This document shows, one piece after another, positions 9,378-19,310 of a stretch of DNA of 36,066 bases. Numbering within the stretch: position 1 is the stretch's first letter; every line of letters starts with the position of its first letter. The stretch is from Reyranella sp. (GTDB taxonomy: Bacteria > Pseudomonadota > Alphaproteobacteria > Reyranellales > Reyranellaceae): positions 1-36,066 of the forward strand of contig DATEID010000329.1 in assembly GCA_035279245.1 (NCBI GenBank). Reading direction: 5' to 3'. Under the pieces are notes generated by a model. That model saw only the letters and a program-made list of their open reading frames with translations. It was not told the DNA's origin and made no database searches. The position numbers and the translations under genes are program-made.

Positions 9378-10027
9378 AGCATCTCGGGCTCGCGGGCCCG
9401 GGTGAGCGCCTTTCCGTCCTGTGCATCGGTGCTCATTCGGACGACATCGAGATCGGCGCCGGCGCGACCATCCTCGGCTGGATCGAGCGCGGCGTCCGTC
9501 TCGACGTCCATTGGTCGGTGCTCAGCGCCCAGGGCGCGCGTGCCGACGAGGCGCATGCGTCGGCAATGGCCTTTCTCGCCGAGGCCGCGCATGTCGTCGT
9601 CGACCTGGCCAAGTTCAGGGACGGCTTCTTTCCCCACCAGGGAAGCGAGATCAAGGACTGGTTCGAGGCGCTCAAGAAGCGCGCATCACCGGACGTGATC
9701 CTGTGCCATTGGTGCGGCGACGCGCACCAGGACCACCGTCAGGTCTCCGAGCTTACGTGGAACACGTTTCGCAACCACGTGATTCTCGAGTACGAGATTC
9801 CCAAGTGGGACGGCGACGTCGGCCGGCCGAACCTCTACATCCCCGCCAGCCGGACGGTCATGGAACGCAAGACGAAACTCCTCGGCGACCATTTCGGCTC
9901 ACAACGGTCGAAGGACTGGTTCGACGGCGAGATCTTCATGGGCCTCGCGCGCCTGCGCGGGATGGAATGCCGTGCCGCCGAGGGCTTCGCGGAGGCCTTC
10001 CATGCACGAAAGCTTACGGTGCAGTGA
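9374..10027 (+). CDS. PIG-L/LmbE family deacetylase
   Basis: Zn motifs AHSDDIE and DAHQDH. ATGA overlap with rfbF. Confidence 0.9.
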   Translation: MKHLGLAGPGERLSVLCIGAHSDDIEIGAGATILGWIERGVRLDVHWSVLSAQGARADEAHASAMAFLAEAAHVVVDLAKFRDGFFPHQGSEIKDWFEALKKRASPDVILCHWCGDAHQDHRQVSELTWNTFRNHVILEYEIPKWDGDVGRPNLYIPASRTVMERKTKLLGDHFGSQRSKDWFDGEIFMGLARLRGMECRAAEGFAEAFHARKLTVQ

Positions 10028-10060
10028 CGCGCGACAGCGCATGACAGGAGTGGGACCGCG

Positions 10061-11134
10061 ATGCGTGTAATGGTGACGGGACATTCGGGCTACATCGGAA
10101 CGGTGATGGTTCCGATGTTGCAGCAGGCTGGACACGACGTGATCGGCCTCGACAGCAATCTCTACGAGCGCTGCACGTTCGCCGCAGGCGGCCGCATTGC
10201 GCAGGTGCCGCACATCCGCAAGGACACGCGCGACGTGGAGGCCGGCGATCTCGACGGACTCGATGCGATCATCCATCTCGCGGCGCTGTCGAACGATCCC
10301 CTTGGCAACTTCCGGCCCGAGCTCACCTACGAGATCAACCATCGCGCGAGCGTGCGCCTGGCCATGCTGGCCAAGCAGGTTGGTGTTCGGCGCTTCCTGA
10401 TGGCGTCGTCATGCAGCAACTATGGCCAGGCCGGCGAGACCATGCTCGACGAGACCGGCGCCCTCAACCCTGTCACCGCCTACGGAGAATCCAAGGTTCG
10501 GTCGGAGCGCGACATTGCTCCACTCGCGGACGGCAGCTTCTGCCCGACCTTCATGCGGCCGGCAACAGCTTATGGCGTGTCGCCGCGAATTCGCTTCGAC
10601 ATCGTGCTCAACAATCTCGTGGCCTGGGCGGTCACCACCGGAAAGATCTATCTCAAGTCCGATGGGTCGCCATGGCGGCCGATCGTCCATATCGAGGACA
10701 TCTCGCGGGCCTTCATCGCCGCGCTCGAGGCACCCGAGGATTTGGTCTGCAATCAAGCCTTCAACGTCGGCCAGACCGGGCACAACTACCGCATCCGCGA
10801 CATCGCCGAGATCGTCGCCGACGTGGTCCCTGGATGCCGACTCGAGTTCGCGCCCGATGCCAGCCCCGACACGCGTTCCTATCGCGTCAACTTCGACAAG
10901 ATCGCGCGCGTGCTGCCAGCCTTCAAACCGCAGTACGACGCGCGGCGCGGCGCGGAGCAGCTTTACGCCGCCTATCGCCAGTCGAATCTCACGCTCGAGG
11001 AATTCGAAGGGCCGCGCTACCAGCGCATCAGCCACATCCAGAAGCTGATCGCCGAGGGCATCCTCGCGGAGGACCTCAGGCATCTCCCCGCCAGCGCCGA
11101 CGCGCTCCAGCATGTTGCGACGGCAGCCAGCTAG
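10061..11134 (+). CDS. NAD-dependent nucleotide-sugar epimerase/dehydratase (extended SDR)
   Basis: GHSGYIG Rossmann motif, HLAALS, SSCSNYG and catalytic YGESK. Confidence 0.92.
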   Translation: MRVMVTGHSGYIGTVMVPMLQQAGHDVIGLDSNLYERCTFAAGGRIAQVPHIRKDTRDVEAGDLDGLDAIIHLAALSNDPLGNFRPELTYEINHRASVRLAMLAKQVGVRRFLMASSCSNYGQAGETMLDETGALNPVTAYGESKVRSERDIAPLADGSFCPTFMRPATAYGVSPRIRFDIVLNNLVAWAVTTGKIYLKSDGSPWRPIVHIEDISRAFIAALEAPEDLVCNQAFNVGQTGHNYRIRDIAEIVADVVPGCRLEFAPDASPDTRSYRVNFDKIARVLPAFKPQYDARRGAEQLYAAYRQSNLTLEEFEGPRYQRISHIQKLIAEGILAEDLRHLPASADALQHVATAAS

Positions 11135-11148
11135 ACAGGAAGGCGAAC

Positions 11149-11727
11149 GTGATCTTTACCGAGACCAAGCTCAAAGGCGCCTTCGTCATCGACGTTGAAC
11201 GCCGGGTCGACGAGCGCGGCTTCTTTGCCCGAGCCTTCTGCCAGCACGAGTTTCGCGACCATGGGCTGAAGCCTGTCATCGCCCAGGCCAACATCGCGTC
11301 CAACAACAGGAAAGGCACGTTGCGGGGCATGCACTTCCAGTATCCGCCGATGGCGGAAACGAAGCTGGTGCGATGCACGCGGGGCGCCATCCTCGACATC
11401 ATTGTCGACCTCCGGCCCGAAAGCGCGACCTACCTGCAGCACATCACCGTCGAGCTGACCGAAGAGAACATGCGGTCGCTCTATGTGCCGGAGCGCTTCG
11501 CACACGGCTATCAGACGCTGCGCGACGGTACCGACACCAGCTATCAGGTCGGCGAGTTCTATGCCCCCAACACGGAAGGCGGGCTGCGGTACGACGACGT
11601 CAGGCTTGGCCTGGCGTGGCCGTTGCCGGTGTCCGTCATCTCGGCGAAGGATCAGGCGTTCCCGCCGCTTCATGACATCGAAAGAGAATTGAAACGCAAG
11701 ATGGCCCTGTCGCTTGTCCCTGCGTGA
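11149..11727 (+). CDS. rfbC: dTDP-4-dehydrorhamnose 3,5-epimerase family (RmlC cupin)
   Basis: DERGFFAR, GTLRGMHFQ, KLVRCTRG, DIIVDLRPES, FAHGYQTL and ISAKD. GTG start 11149 after AGGAAGG. Confidence 0.92.
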   Translation: MIFTETKLKGAFVIDVERRVDERGFFARAFCQHEFRDHGLKPVIAQANIASNNRKGTLRGMHFQYPPMAETKLVRCTRGAILDIIVDLRPESATYLQHITVELTEENMRSLYVPERFAHGYQTLRDGTDTSYQVGEFYAPNTEGGLRYDDVRLGLAWPLPVSVISAKDQAFPPLHDIERELKRKMALSLVPA

Positions 11728-11795
11728 CACCGCAGAGGTCGCAGCGCCGATGCCGCTGCCGTTGTGAATGATGTGCCCAATACAGGAGCCCCGCC

Positions 11796-13193
11796 ATGTG
11801 GATCGTCGATACCGCGCTGAAGGCCCGCGAGGAGCAACGCAAGCCCGTTCGTGTCGGCATCGTGGGTGCCGGCTTCATGTGCCAGGGGCTGACCAACCAG
11901 ATCTCCCACAGCGTGCCGGGTATGCACGTCGTGGCCATCTCCAACCGCAAGGTCGAGCGGGCGGCCGGCGTATTCAAGTATGCCGGACACGACGATGTCA
12001 CGCTCGCGAGCTCGCAGCGGGAACTCGATGATCGGGCCTCGCGCCTACGGCCGGTCGTCACCGAGGACGCGATGCTGCTCGCCCGTTCGGAGCACATCGA
12101 CGTGCTCGTCGACGTCACGGGCTCGGTCGAGTTCGGCGCCCATGTCGTGCTCGAGGCGTTCCGGCACGGCAAGGACGTCGTCCTGATGAACGCCGAGCTC
12201 GATGCCACCATCGGGCCTATCCTGCAGACCTATGCCCAGAAGCAGGGCGTGATCCTTACGGGCTGCGAAGGGGACGAACCGGGCCTGCAAATGAATCTGT
12301 TCCGCTGGGTCAAGGGACTCGGCCTGACACCGCGCCTGCTGGGCAACGTCAAAGGCCTTCAGGATCGCTACCGCAACCCCACGACGCAGAAAGGCTTCGC
12401 CGAGCGCTGGGGCCAGAATGCCACGATGGTGACGAGCTTTGCCGACGGCTCCAAGATCAGCTTCGAGCAGTCCGCCGTCGGCAATGCCACAGGCTTCAGG
12501 GTCCTCACGCGCGGCATGTCGCGCGGTGTCGAGTACACCGGCGACGTTATGAAGATCGGCGAACTCTACGACCTGGCGGAGCTGCGCCGGCTCGGCGGAG
12601 CGATGGACTATGTCGTGGGCACGCCGCTGACCAAGGTATTCTGCCTGGCCGAGCATCCAGACCCCAAGCAACAGCACTATCTCAACCTGTACAAAATGGG
12701 CCCGGGTCCGCTCTATTCCTTCTTCCTCCCCTACCATCTGGTGCACTTCGAAGTGCCGAACGCGATCGCCCGTGCGGTCCTGTTCCGGGACCCGACCATC
12801 AAGCCGCTTGGCGGACCTGTCGTGGAAGTTTGCGCCGTCGCCAAGCGCGACCTCAAGGCGGGCGAGATTCTCGACGACTACGGCATGTACATGACCTATG
12901 GCGAGGCGGTGAATGTCGAGGAGATGAGTGCTGGCCGCTATCTGCCGGAAGGCCTCGTCGAAGGTTGCCGGCTGACGAACGATATCGCCAAGGATGCCGT
13001 GATCACCTACGACGACGTCGTTCTGCCATCCGGCCGCCTTGCGGATCGGCTGCGCGCGGAGCAGTACTACAGGTTCCGCGGCGAATCGTGGCTCAAGGAT
13101 CTTTTGGCCGCTTCATCGTCCGCCAGGCCGTCTTTCGACGAAGATGCAAGTGCGCGCCGTTCGCAACCGAGTGCGCAATTGTCTCCACTCTGA
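11796..13193 (+). CDS. NAD(P)-dependent oxidoreductase, homoserine-dehydrogenase-like with C-terminal SAF domain (COG4091-type)
   Basis: VGIVGAGFM, NAELDATIGPIL, GDEPG, SFADGSK and C-terminal AKRDLKAGEILD...DIAKDAVITYDDV (SAF). SD AGGAG. Confidence 0.88.
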   Translation: MWIVDTALKAREEQRKPVRVGIVGAGFMCQGLTNQISHSVPGMHVVAISNRKVERAAGVFKYAGHDDVTLASSQRELDDRASRLRPVVTEDAMLLARSEHIDVLVDVTGSVEFGAHVVLEAFRHGKDVVLMNAELDATIGPILQTYAQKQGVILTGCEGDEPGLQMNLFRWVKGLGLTPRLLGNVKGLQDRYRNPTTQKGFAERWGQNATMVTSFADGSKISFEQSAVGNATGFRVLTRGMSRGVEYTGDVMKIGELYDLAELRRLGGAMDYVVGTPLTKVFCLAEHPDPKQQHYLNLYKMGPGPLYSFFLPYHLVHFEVPNAIARAVLFRDPTIKPLGGPVVEVCAVAKRDLKAGEILDDYGMYMTYGEAVNVEEMSAGRYLPEGLVEGCRLTNDIAKDAVITYDDVVLPSGRLADRLRAEQYYRFRGESWLKDLLAASSSARPSFDEDASARRSQPSAQLSPL

Positions 13194-13196
13194 CAG

Positions 13197-13988
13197 TCAA
13201 AAGCCGATTGGGTCCGACATCTCAATGGCGATCGAACGGGCATGCCTCTGCAGCCCGAACGAGGCATTGAGATAGCGACCGTCGAACTTGCCGAGGTCCA
13301 TCAACCGCTCTCTGTGAACGACCTCGATCGCATGGGTGCTTTTCGAAAGCACCCCGAGTTCCCGCAAATCCTGAACGGTCCGGTTCATATGGACCGGGGA
13401 AAGGCTTGCGGCATCCGCCAGATCGACCTGAGTCATGGGAATAACGGCGCCACTCACGCCGATCGCCTCCAGGCGGACCATTTGCTCCGCCAGGAGATTG
13501 GCGATGCGGGGAAGCGCGGGCCGCTGACTGACATTGAGGAGCCTCTCCCGGAAGATACCGGCTTCGATCATCGCCGCCCGCCACAAGGCGAGGCGGAGGC
13601 GTGGATGCTTGGCGGTAACCTTTCCAATGTCCTCATGGGCGATGATGCCGACCGAACAGTTCGTCAGAGCGGCAACTGCGTCCTCCCCCTCGGGCAAGAT
13701 ATAGCGGTCGAAGTCGCAAAGATCGCCCGGATATTGAAAGGTGAAGATCTGCCGTCGACCATTCTCGATCATCCTGTAGCGACAGGCCAGCCCCGTCAGC
13801 AGGACGGTCAAACAGCTCAGCGAGCTGCCGACGCGCACAATGTCCTCGCCGCGCTCGACCCGACGCTTCGCCTTGATCAATGTCAGCAACGCCTGCAGTT
13901 CGTCTTCGCGATCCACTCCGAGGTCCTTGAACCTCCGGATGAGCGCCTCAGCTCCGTCACGGCGGAGTGCACCGACTGAACCAAGCAT
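13197..13988 (-). CDS. Crp/Fnr family transcriptional regulator
   Basis: cNMP-like domain (GRRQIFTFQYPGDLCD) and HTH (PMTQVDLADAASLSPVHMNRTVQDLR). ATG 13988 after GGGGG. Confidence 0.9.
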   Translation of the reverse strand: MLGSVGALRRDGAEALIRRFKDLGVDREDELQALLTLIKAKRRVERGEDIVRVGSSLSCLTVLLTGLACRYRMIENGRRQIFTFQYPGDLCDFDRYILPEGEDAVAALTNCSVGIIAHEDIGKVTAKHPRLRLALWRAAMIEAGIFRERLLNVSQRPALPRIANLLAEQMVRLEAIGVSGAVIPMTQVDLADAASLSPVHMNRTVQDLRELGVLSKSTHAIEVVHRERLMDLGKFDGRYLNASFGLQRHARSIAIEMSDPIGF

Positions 13989-13991
13989 TGC

Positions 13992-14011
13992 CACCCCCAA
14001 GGAGGTAATCC
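13992..14011 (-). promoter_or_regulatory. Putative NarL-like box upstream of the Crp/Fnr gene
   Basis: Minus strand reads GGAT-TACCTCC-TT-GGGGGTG. The second half overlaps the SD. Confidence 0.4.
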
Positions 14012-14113
14012 TCGTGGTCCTTCAGTGCGGCCACAACCTGCTTTTAATGACCCTCGGCTTGCCCGTGGAGGTCTGGAGCCGTGCCTCCGGCTAGCCACTC
14101 AGCGGGCACAAGG

Positions 14114-15631
14114 TCACTTCGCACCCTGCCCGATGATCACGGCCGGCAACGTGGCAATGAGGATGTAAAGATCGAGCCAAAGGGAGCGGTTGCGAATATA
14201 GAAGCAGTCCTGGGCCCGTTGCACGCCGAGATCGCCGCTGCTGCGTGCCGAGATCTGCCAGAGGCCGGTGAGGCCCGGGGTCACCGTGGCGCGCAGCGCC
14301 TGGAATTCGCGATCGAAGGCGTCGATATGGTAGGCAGGAAACGGCCGGGGACCGACCAGGCTCATGTCACCGCGGATGACATTCCAGAGCTGGGGCAATT
14401 CGTCCAGGCTGGTACGCCGCAGGAAGTCCCCGACATGCGGCAGGATTCGCGGGTCCTTGGTAAGCTTGAAGTAGTGCTGCCACTGCTCGCGCAACGTCTC
14501 GTCCGTCGCCAGCACCTGTTCGAGCCGCTGCTCTGCGTCCCGATACATCGTGCGCAGTTTCAGTACGTGGATCGGCTTGCCGTCGCGGCCGACCCGCTGC
14601 TGGCGATAAAGCGCCGGTCCCGGATCCACGATCTTTATCATCACGGCGAGACAGGCGACCATCGGCGATGTGAGCAGCGCGAGCGGCAACGCCACGGCAA
14701 GATCGATGATTCGCTTCTGGACTCGGCCACGAGGGTGCGGCCGCCCTCCCAGCTCGAGGGCAATATACCGGTCGAAGTGGCGGACCTGCAGACCGACGGA
14801 GGCAAGTTCGCCCAACTGGCTCACCACCAGGATCTTCCGGGCGCCCAGCCGATAGAGCGCATCCGGATCGCGCGGCAGGACATGGCCGTCCGGCACAACG
14901 ACCACTTCCACGTCGGCGCCGGCGGTCCAATCGGCGACGGAGCCGAGCAGCGGAAGCGCAAGACCAGGATCGCCCTCGACCGCCATCTCAGCCGCACTGT
15001 CGCGCGTGCCGTCGTCGATGAAACCGACCGGCCGCAAACCCCACGCCGGTTGCGCGAGGAGGAGCTGCGCGAATTTTCGCCCCCTGGCGCCGGCGCCAAG
15101 GATTGCCGCGCGCATGCCCCACACGCCAGACCGGGCAAACCGAACGATGACCAGATGCTCCGCCCACGATCCAAGGACGAGGGCGAATGCGCCGACAAGC
15201 GGCACCGCGGCGAGTTCGACCGAAAATCCATTGCGTGCGCACATCACCGCTGCTGCGAGCACGAAGAGTACCGTCGCCACCGCACGGTTGCGGAAGCGCT
15301 CCATCAGGTTCTTGGTGCTCGGCCGATAGACCCCCAAGATCGCCGAGATGCCGATCAGCAGCGGCAACATTGCCGACAGCTCGCTCCAAAGCCAGTCGGC
15401 GAATCCGCCGCGAACGTCCGGCCAGATCGCGACAACCGTCGCGGCCGCGATCGTGATTGCTATCGTTCCGGCTATGATATCGCCGAGGAGAAGCCGCAAC
15501 GTCGGAAATCTGCCCGATCTCCCTCCTCTCTCGACGAGTGCGGTGCGGGCCACCCGGTCGCGAAAGCCGAAAGGGGGTCCCTGGCCAGAGGGCGGTACGG
15601 CAGGACCGAGGCGTGCTTCGACGTTCGACAT
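14114..15631 (-). CDS. Priming undecaprenyl-phosphate sugar phosphotransferase (WbaP/WcaJ family)
   Basis: N-terminal TM segments, AAILGAG...GFIDD middle domain, Bac_transf C-terminus [37 protein letters not shown]. Start probably ATG 15631. Confidence 0.92.
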   Translation of the reverse strand: MSNVEARLGPAVPPSGQGPPFGFRDRVARTALVERGGRSGRFPTLRLLLGDIIAGTIAITIAAATVVAIWPDVRGGFADWLWSELSAMLPLLIGISAILGVYRPSTKNLMERFRNRAVATVLFVLAAAVMCARNGFSVELAAVPLVGAFALVLGSWAEHLVIVRFARSGVWGMRAAILGAGARGRKFAQLLLAQPAWGLRPVGFIDDGTRDSAAEMAVEGDPGLALPLLGSVADWTAGADVEVVVVPDGHVLPRDPDALYRLGARKILVVSQLGELASVGLQVRHFDRYIALELGGRPHPRGRVQKRIIDLAVALPLALLTSPMVACLAVMIKIVDPGPALYRQQRVGRDGKPIHVLKLRTMYRDAEQRLEQVLATDETLREQWQHYFKLTKDPRILPHVGDFLRRTSLDELPQLWNVIRGDMSLVGPRPFPAYHIDAFDREFQALRATVTPGLTGLWQISARSSGDLGVQRAQDCFYIRNRSLWLDLYILIATLPAVIIGQGAK

Positions 15632-15810
15632 GAATATCAATCCGTGCAAATGGCAGCGCACCATGCCTTGTCGCTGCGTTCCGAACGTCGATCCGACCGG
15701 TACTGCTTGTTGCTCGATCGGGACGCCATCACATCCGCCGCTCCTTCGCATACGCGTTGTCTCGACAATGGCTACGTTACGGCGGGTTGGTTCGCCCTCA
15801 AGCACAACGA

Positions 15811-15821
15811 AGGAGTAATCC
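15811..15821 (-). promoter_or_regulatory. NarL-like half site upstream of the priming transferase
   Basis: Minus strand GGAT-TACTCCT, a perfect TACYNMT. Further heptamer matches at 15948-15959 and 16039-16045 in the same divergent region. Confidence 0.4.
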
Positions 15822-16094
15822 GGCCACCACGCGAAGGACGCCTCGATTCACGCGGCAGAGCCCATGGTTGCCTCCGGTCGACGCTCCCGACGGAGGCCTG
15901 GTCGCTCGCAGCACGCTTTGGCGGCAGTTCGCTGGATTTCCGGGATGAGAGGTACTTCTTTCTCACCGGGCAATTGGCCGATGTCGGTAACGCGCAAGTG
16001 AAAGGCGGGCTTATCGCGGGTTAATTTCCCGCGCGGCGTACCCCTTTATTGAATCGTCGAGCCCGAAGTCGGTGCCGCAAGTGTGGGGGTGGCA

Positions 16095-16961
16095 ATGATG
16101 ACGACAGGGGTAGCGACGATCATCGTCGAGCCGCGTCTACTTGTCCGCGAAGCTCTCGAATCGCTGATGACGCATCATTCGTATCGCGTCATTTGCGGTG
16201 TCGGGTCCACCGCGGAGATAACAGGTCCTTCGACTCTCGCTGAAGGACCAAAACTCGCGATCCTGGGAGCGCAGTCGACCGACAATGTGGTTGCCGAAGC
16301 GGTCGGAATCCGCAAGCTGTGGCCGGAAAGCAAGATCATCCTGCTTTTCGAGCAGGCTTCCGTTCTCGACCTCCAGAAGCTGCTGGCATCACAGATCGAC
16401 GGCTGCGTCCCCTTGTCGGTGTCGCCCGAGACGCTGATCAGCACTCTGGATCTGATCATGGCCAGGGATGTCCGTGTCATGGTGGTGGCCGACGCCAGAC
16501 GCCCTGTCCTCGCTGCATCGGGCGCGGAAGAAGCCCATGCGACGGATACCGGGGCCGGCAAGCTTCAGGCGGGCGCGGCGCACCGGGGACCAGCACCGGC
16601 GACGCTGCTTTCGCTTGGGCCCATCTCCTCCGGCGAGGACGCTCGCGCTGCGGCACAGGCCCCCAATGGCAGTGATGCCCCCCTGCCTTCCAAGCAACAG
16701 GGGCTGCCGAGGCTATCCGAGCGCGAAGCCCAAATCCTCGACGGTCTCGTGCGGGGACACGCGAACAAGGTTATCGCCCGCACCTGCGACATCACGGAAG
16801 CGACCGTGAAGGTCCATATGAAATCGATCCTGCGAAAGATCCGGGTGGCAAACCGGACCCAGGCAGCGATCTGGGCACTGGAACATGGCTATCCCGGCGA
16901 CGACCTGAAGACTGGATTGCCGAAGGATGCCGCGATTTCCAATGGCGCATCCATAATGTGA
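16095..16961 (+). CDS. NarL/LuxR-family regulator with atypical receiver domain
   Basis: C-terminal LSEREAQILDGLVRGHANKVIARTCDITEATVKVHMKSILRKIRVANRTQAAIWA. The REC-like N-terminus lacks the canonical Asp and Lys. Confidence 0.9.
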   Translation: MMTTGVATIIVEPRLLVREALESLMTHHSYRVICGVGSTAEITGPSTLAEGPKLAILGAQSTDNVVAEAVGIRKLWPESKIILLFEQASVLDLQKLLASQIDGCVPLSVSPETLISTLDLIMARDVRVMVVADARRPVLAASGAEEAHATDTGAGKLQAGAAHRGPAPATLLSLGPISSGEDARAAAQAPNGSDAPLPSKQQGLPRLSEREAQILDGLVRGHANKVIARTCDITEATVKVHMKSILRKIRVANRTQAAIWALEHGYPGDDLKTGLPKDAAISNGASIM

Positions 16962-17306
16962 GGTGACGTGCCGGGTAACGCTGCTCGCGCCGGCGCGAAC
17001 GCCTTATGCCGGAGGCGACCCGGCTTCCTGATGAACCGTCCGGCGTCGGCCCGGTGCGGCCATCGACCGGTGCGCGCACCATCGATTGCAGGCAGCGAAG
17101 CGCATATGAACCCCGCCGAGCTGATCCCAAGCCATCTGCTGGCGCAGCAGGATGGCCGTCGGGGCCGGACGCGACCAACACTCCGTCGCCGACGTTGGTA
17201 GTACCCTGAAATTTCGCTGCTTGGCGATGATGGCGTCCTGTTAAGAACGCGCCAAGTCAGCTGATGGAACGGTGGATCATCGGCAGTCAAGACGGGAAGG
17301 CTCCTC

Positions 17307-19310
17307 GTGTGCGGCATCGCAGGCTTTCTTGATCCAGGCAACAGTCGTGGTCCCGAATCGATGCGCCGACGCGTCGTCGCCATGACGGACTCCCTTGAAC
17401 ACCGGGGCCCCGACGACGAGGGGGCCTGGGTCGACCCTGCGGCGGGGGTTGCACTCGGAAATCGACGGCTGGCGATCATCGATCTATCGCCCGAGGGCCA
17501 TCAGCCCATGCACTCCGTGTCGGGCCGCTATGTGATCGCGTACAATGGCGAGATCTACAACGCCGCCGCAATCGCCCGTACGCTCCAGGCGGCAGGGCTG
17601 GCGCCACGCTGGCGTGGTCACTCGGACACCGAAGTGATGCTTGCGGCCATCGAAGCCTGGGGCCTCGACAATGCACTCGAGTCGTTCAACGGCATGTTCG
17701 CGTTCGCACTTTGGGATGCCCGTGAGCGAACACTGTGCCTGGTGCGCGATCGACTCGGTGTAAAGCCGCTTTACTACGGCCGCCTCGATGGCACGCTCGT
17801 CTTCGGTTCGGAATTGAAGGCGATCTCGGCCTATTCGGATGCAGCGCTGACGATCGATCGCGACTGGCTGGATCGCTACTTGCGCGAGATCCACGGAGAA
17901 TCCGAGGATACGATCTACCGCGGCGTTCGCGCGATCCGCCCGGGAACGTACGTGACGTTCGACCAGAAGCTTCAGGCGCATGTGCACGTTTACTGGTCGG
18001 CGATCGAGAAGGCTGAGCTCGGCCGCCGCGAACGCTTCTCGGGAAACGAGGCCGAGGCGGTCGAAAAGCTGGACGGCTTGTTGCGGGATGCCGTGCGCTT
18101 GCGCACGGTCAGCGATGTCCCGCTGGGGGTCCTGCTATCGGGCGGGATCGATTCCTCGACCGTCCTCGCGCTCCTGCAGCAGGAGAATTCGGGACGGGTT
18201 CGAAGCTTCTCGATCGGATTCCCCGATTCGGGTCTCGACGAAGCGCCTGCCGCACGGAAGATTGCCGCCCACGTCGGCTCGGATCACACCGAGCTCTACA
18301 TGGCGCCGGACGATATCATTCAGTTGATCCCCTCGCTCGCCCGGCTGTCCGACCTCCCGCAGTCCGATCCGTCCTACGTATCCAACCATGTCGCCTACCG
18401 GCTTGCTGGACAGCACGTGACGGTGACGCTGGCCGGCGATGGCGGTGACGAGCTGTTCGCGGGCTACCATCGACATCGATGGCTGCCGAGGATGTGCCGA
18501 CAGCTTGGCTGGCTGCCAGTCGGGGTCCGCAACCAAGGCGCGCGAGCACTGACGGCGATCCCGCCGGCGACATGGGACAAGGTCTTCGCCGTTGTCGAGC
18601 CGGCGATCCCCGCCCGTCTGCGCGAACGGACTCCCGGCGCCAAGCTCCACCGATTGGCCCGCTGGATGGCCGCTGCATCCCAGGAAGAGATGTACCGTAT
18701 CCTGTCCACGCGGTGGGATCCCGATGACCGCCTCGTCATCGGTCACGACTCCGGGCAATCGGCCGCCGATTTCGAGTTCGTCCGACTGAACGGCGACTTC
18801 GGGCTCCTGGAGCGGATGCTCGCGCATGAACTCGTCACGACCTTCGTGGACACGCAGCTCAAGAAGGTCGACCGCGCGAGCATGGCGGTGAGCGTCGAGG
18901 CGCGCACACCCTTCATGGACTATCGCGTGGTCGAATTCGCCTTCACCCTGCCGCCCGAGATGAAAGTGCGCGGCGAGACGGGAAAGTACATCCTGCGCCG
19001 GGTCCTCCATCGATACGTTCCGGAAGCTTTGTACCAGCGGCCCAAGATGGGATTCCATCTGCCGTTGAGCACGTGGCTCAGGGGACCCTTGAGGGAATGG
19101 GCCGAGGACCTGTTGGATTCGAACGCCATCCGCCAGGAGGGTCTGCTGGACCCGAATCCGATCCGGGTGAAGTGGCGGGAACATCTGACCGGCCAGCGGG
19201 ATCGGGCAGACCATCTTTGGCCGGTGCTCATGCTCAGGTCCTGGCTGAAACACCACAGCCCGGGCGTCTCCACGAAGCTCGAGGATCGGAGGCCGCTGGG
19301 TGTTCACTGA
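17307..19310 (+). CDS. asnB: Asparagine synthase (glutamine-hydrolysing)-like amidotransferase
   Basis: MCGIAG Ntn N-terminus, HRGPD, NGEIYN, LSGGIDSS, GDGGDELFAGY and RPKMGF. Confidence 0.95.
   Translation: MCGIAGFLDPGNSRGPESMRRRVVAMTDSLEHRGPDDEGAWVDPAAGVALGNRRLAIIDLSPEGHQPMHSVSGRYVIAYNGEIYNAAAIARTLQAAGLAPRWRGHSDTEVMLAAIEAWGLDNALESFNGMFAFALWDARERTLCLVRDRLGVKPLYYGRLDGTLVFGSELKAISAYSDAALTIDRDWLDRYLREIHGESEDTIYRGVRAIRPGTYVTFDQKLQAHVHVYWSAIEKAELGRRERFSGNEAEAVEKLDGLLRDAVRLRTVSDVPLGVLLSGGIDSSTVLALLQQENSGRVRSFSIGFPDSGLDEAPAARKIAAHVGSDHTELYMAPDDIIQLIPSLARLSDLPQSDPSYVSNHVAYRLAGQHVTVTLAGDGGDELFAGYHRHRWLPRMCRQLGWLPVGVRNQGARALTAIPPATWDKVFAVVEPAIPARLRERTPGAKLHRLARWMAAASQEEMYRILSTRWDPDDRLVIGHDSGQSAADFEFVRLNGDFGLLERMLAHELVTTFVDTQLKKVDRASMAVSVEARTPFMDYRVVEFAFTLPPEMKVRGETGKYILRRVLHRYVPEALYQRPKMGFHLPLSTWLRGPLREWAEDLLDSNAIRQEGLLDPNPIRVKWREHLTGQRDRADHLWPVLMLRSWLKHHSPGVSTKLEDRRPLGVH

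Noticed and set aside
14081-16024. 647-aa plus-strand ORF
   Set aside because: Antisense shadow of the priming transferase gene. No recognisable motifs, and long shadow ORFs are expected in high-GC DNA.
17199-17210. NarL-like box upstream of asnB (TAGTACCCTGAA)
   Set aside because: TACCCTG mismatches the heptamer at two positions and lacks the GGAT flank, so it is too weak to count.
16962-19310. Lasso-peptide cluster suggested by the AsnB-like gene
   Set aside because: The protein has an intact Cys-initiated glutaminase domain, there is no B1/B2 peptidase or PqqD gene, and no precursor-like small ORF was found in 16962-17306.
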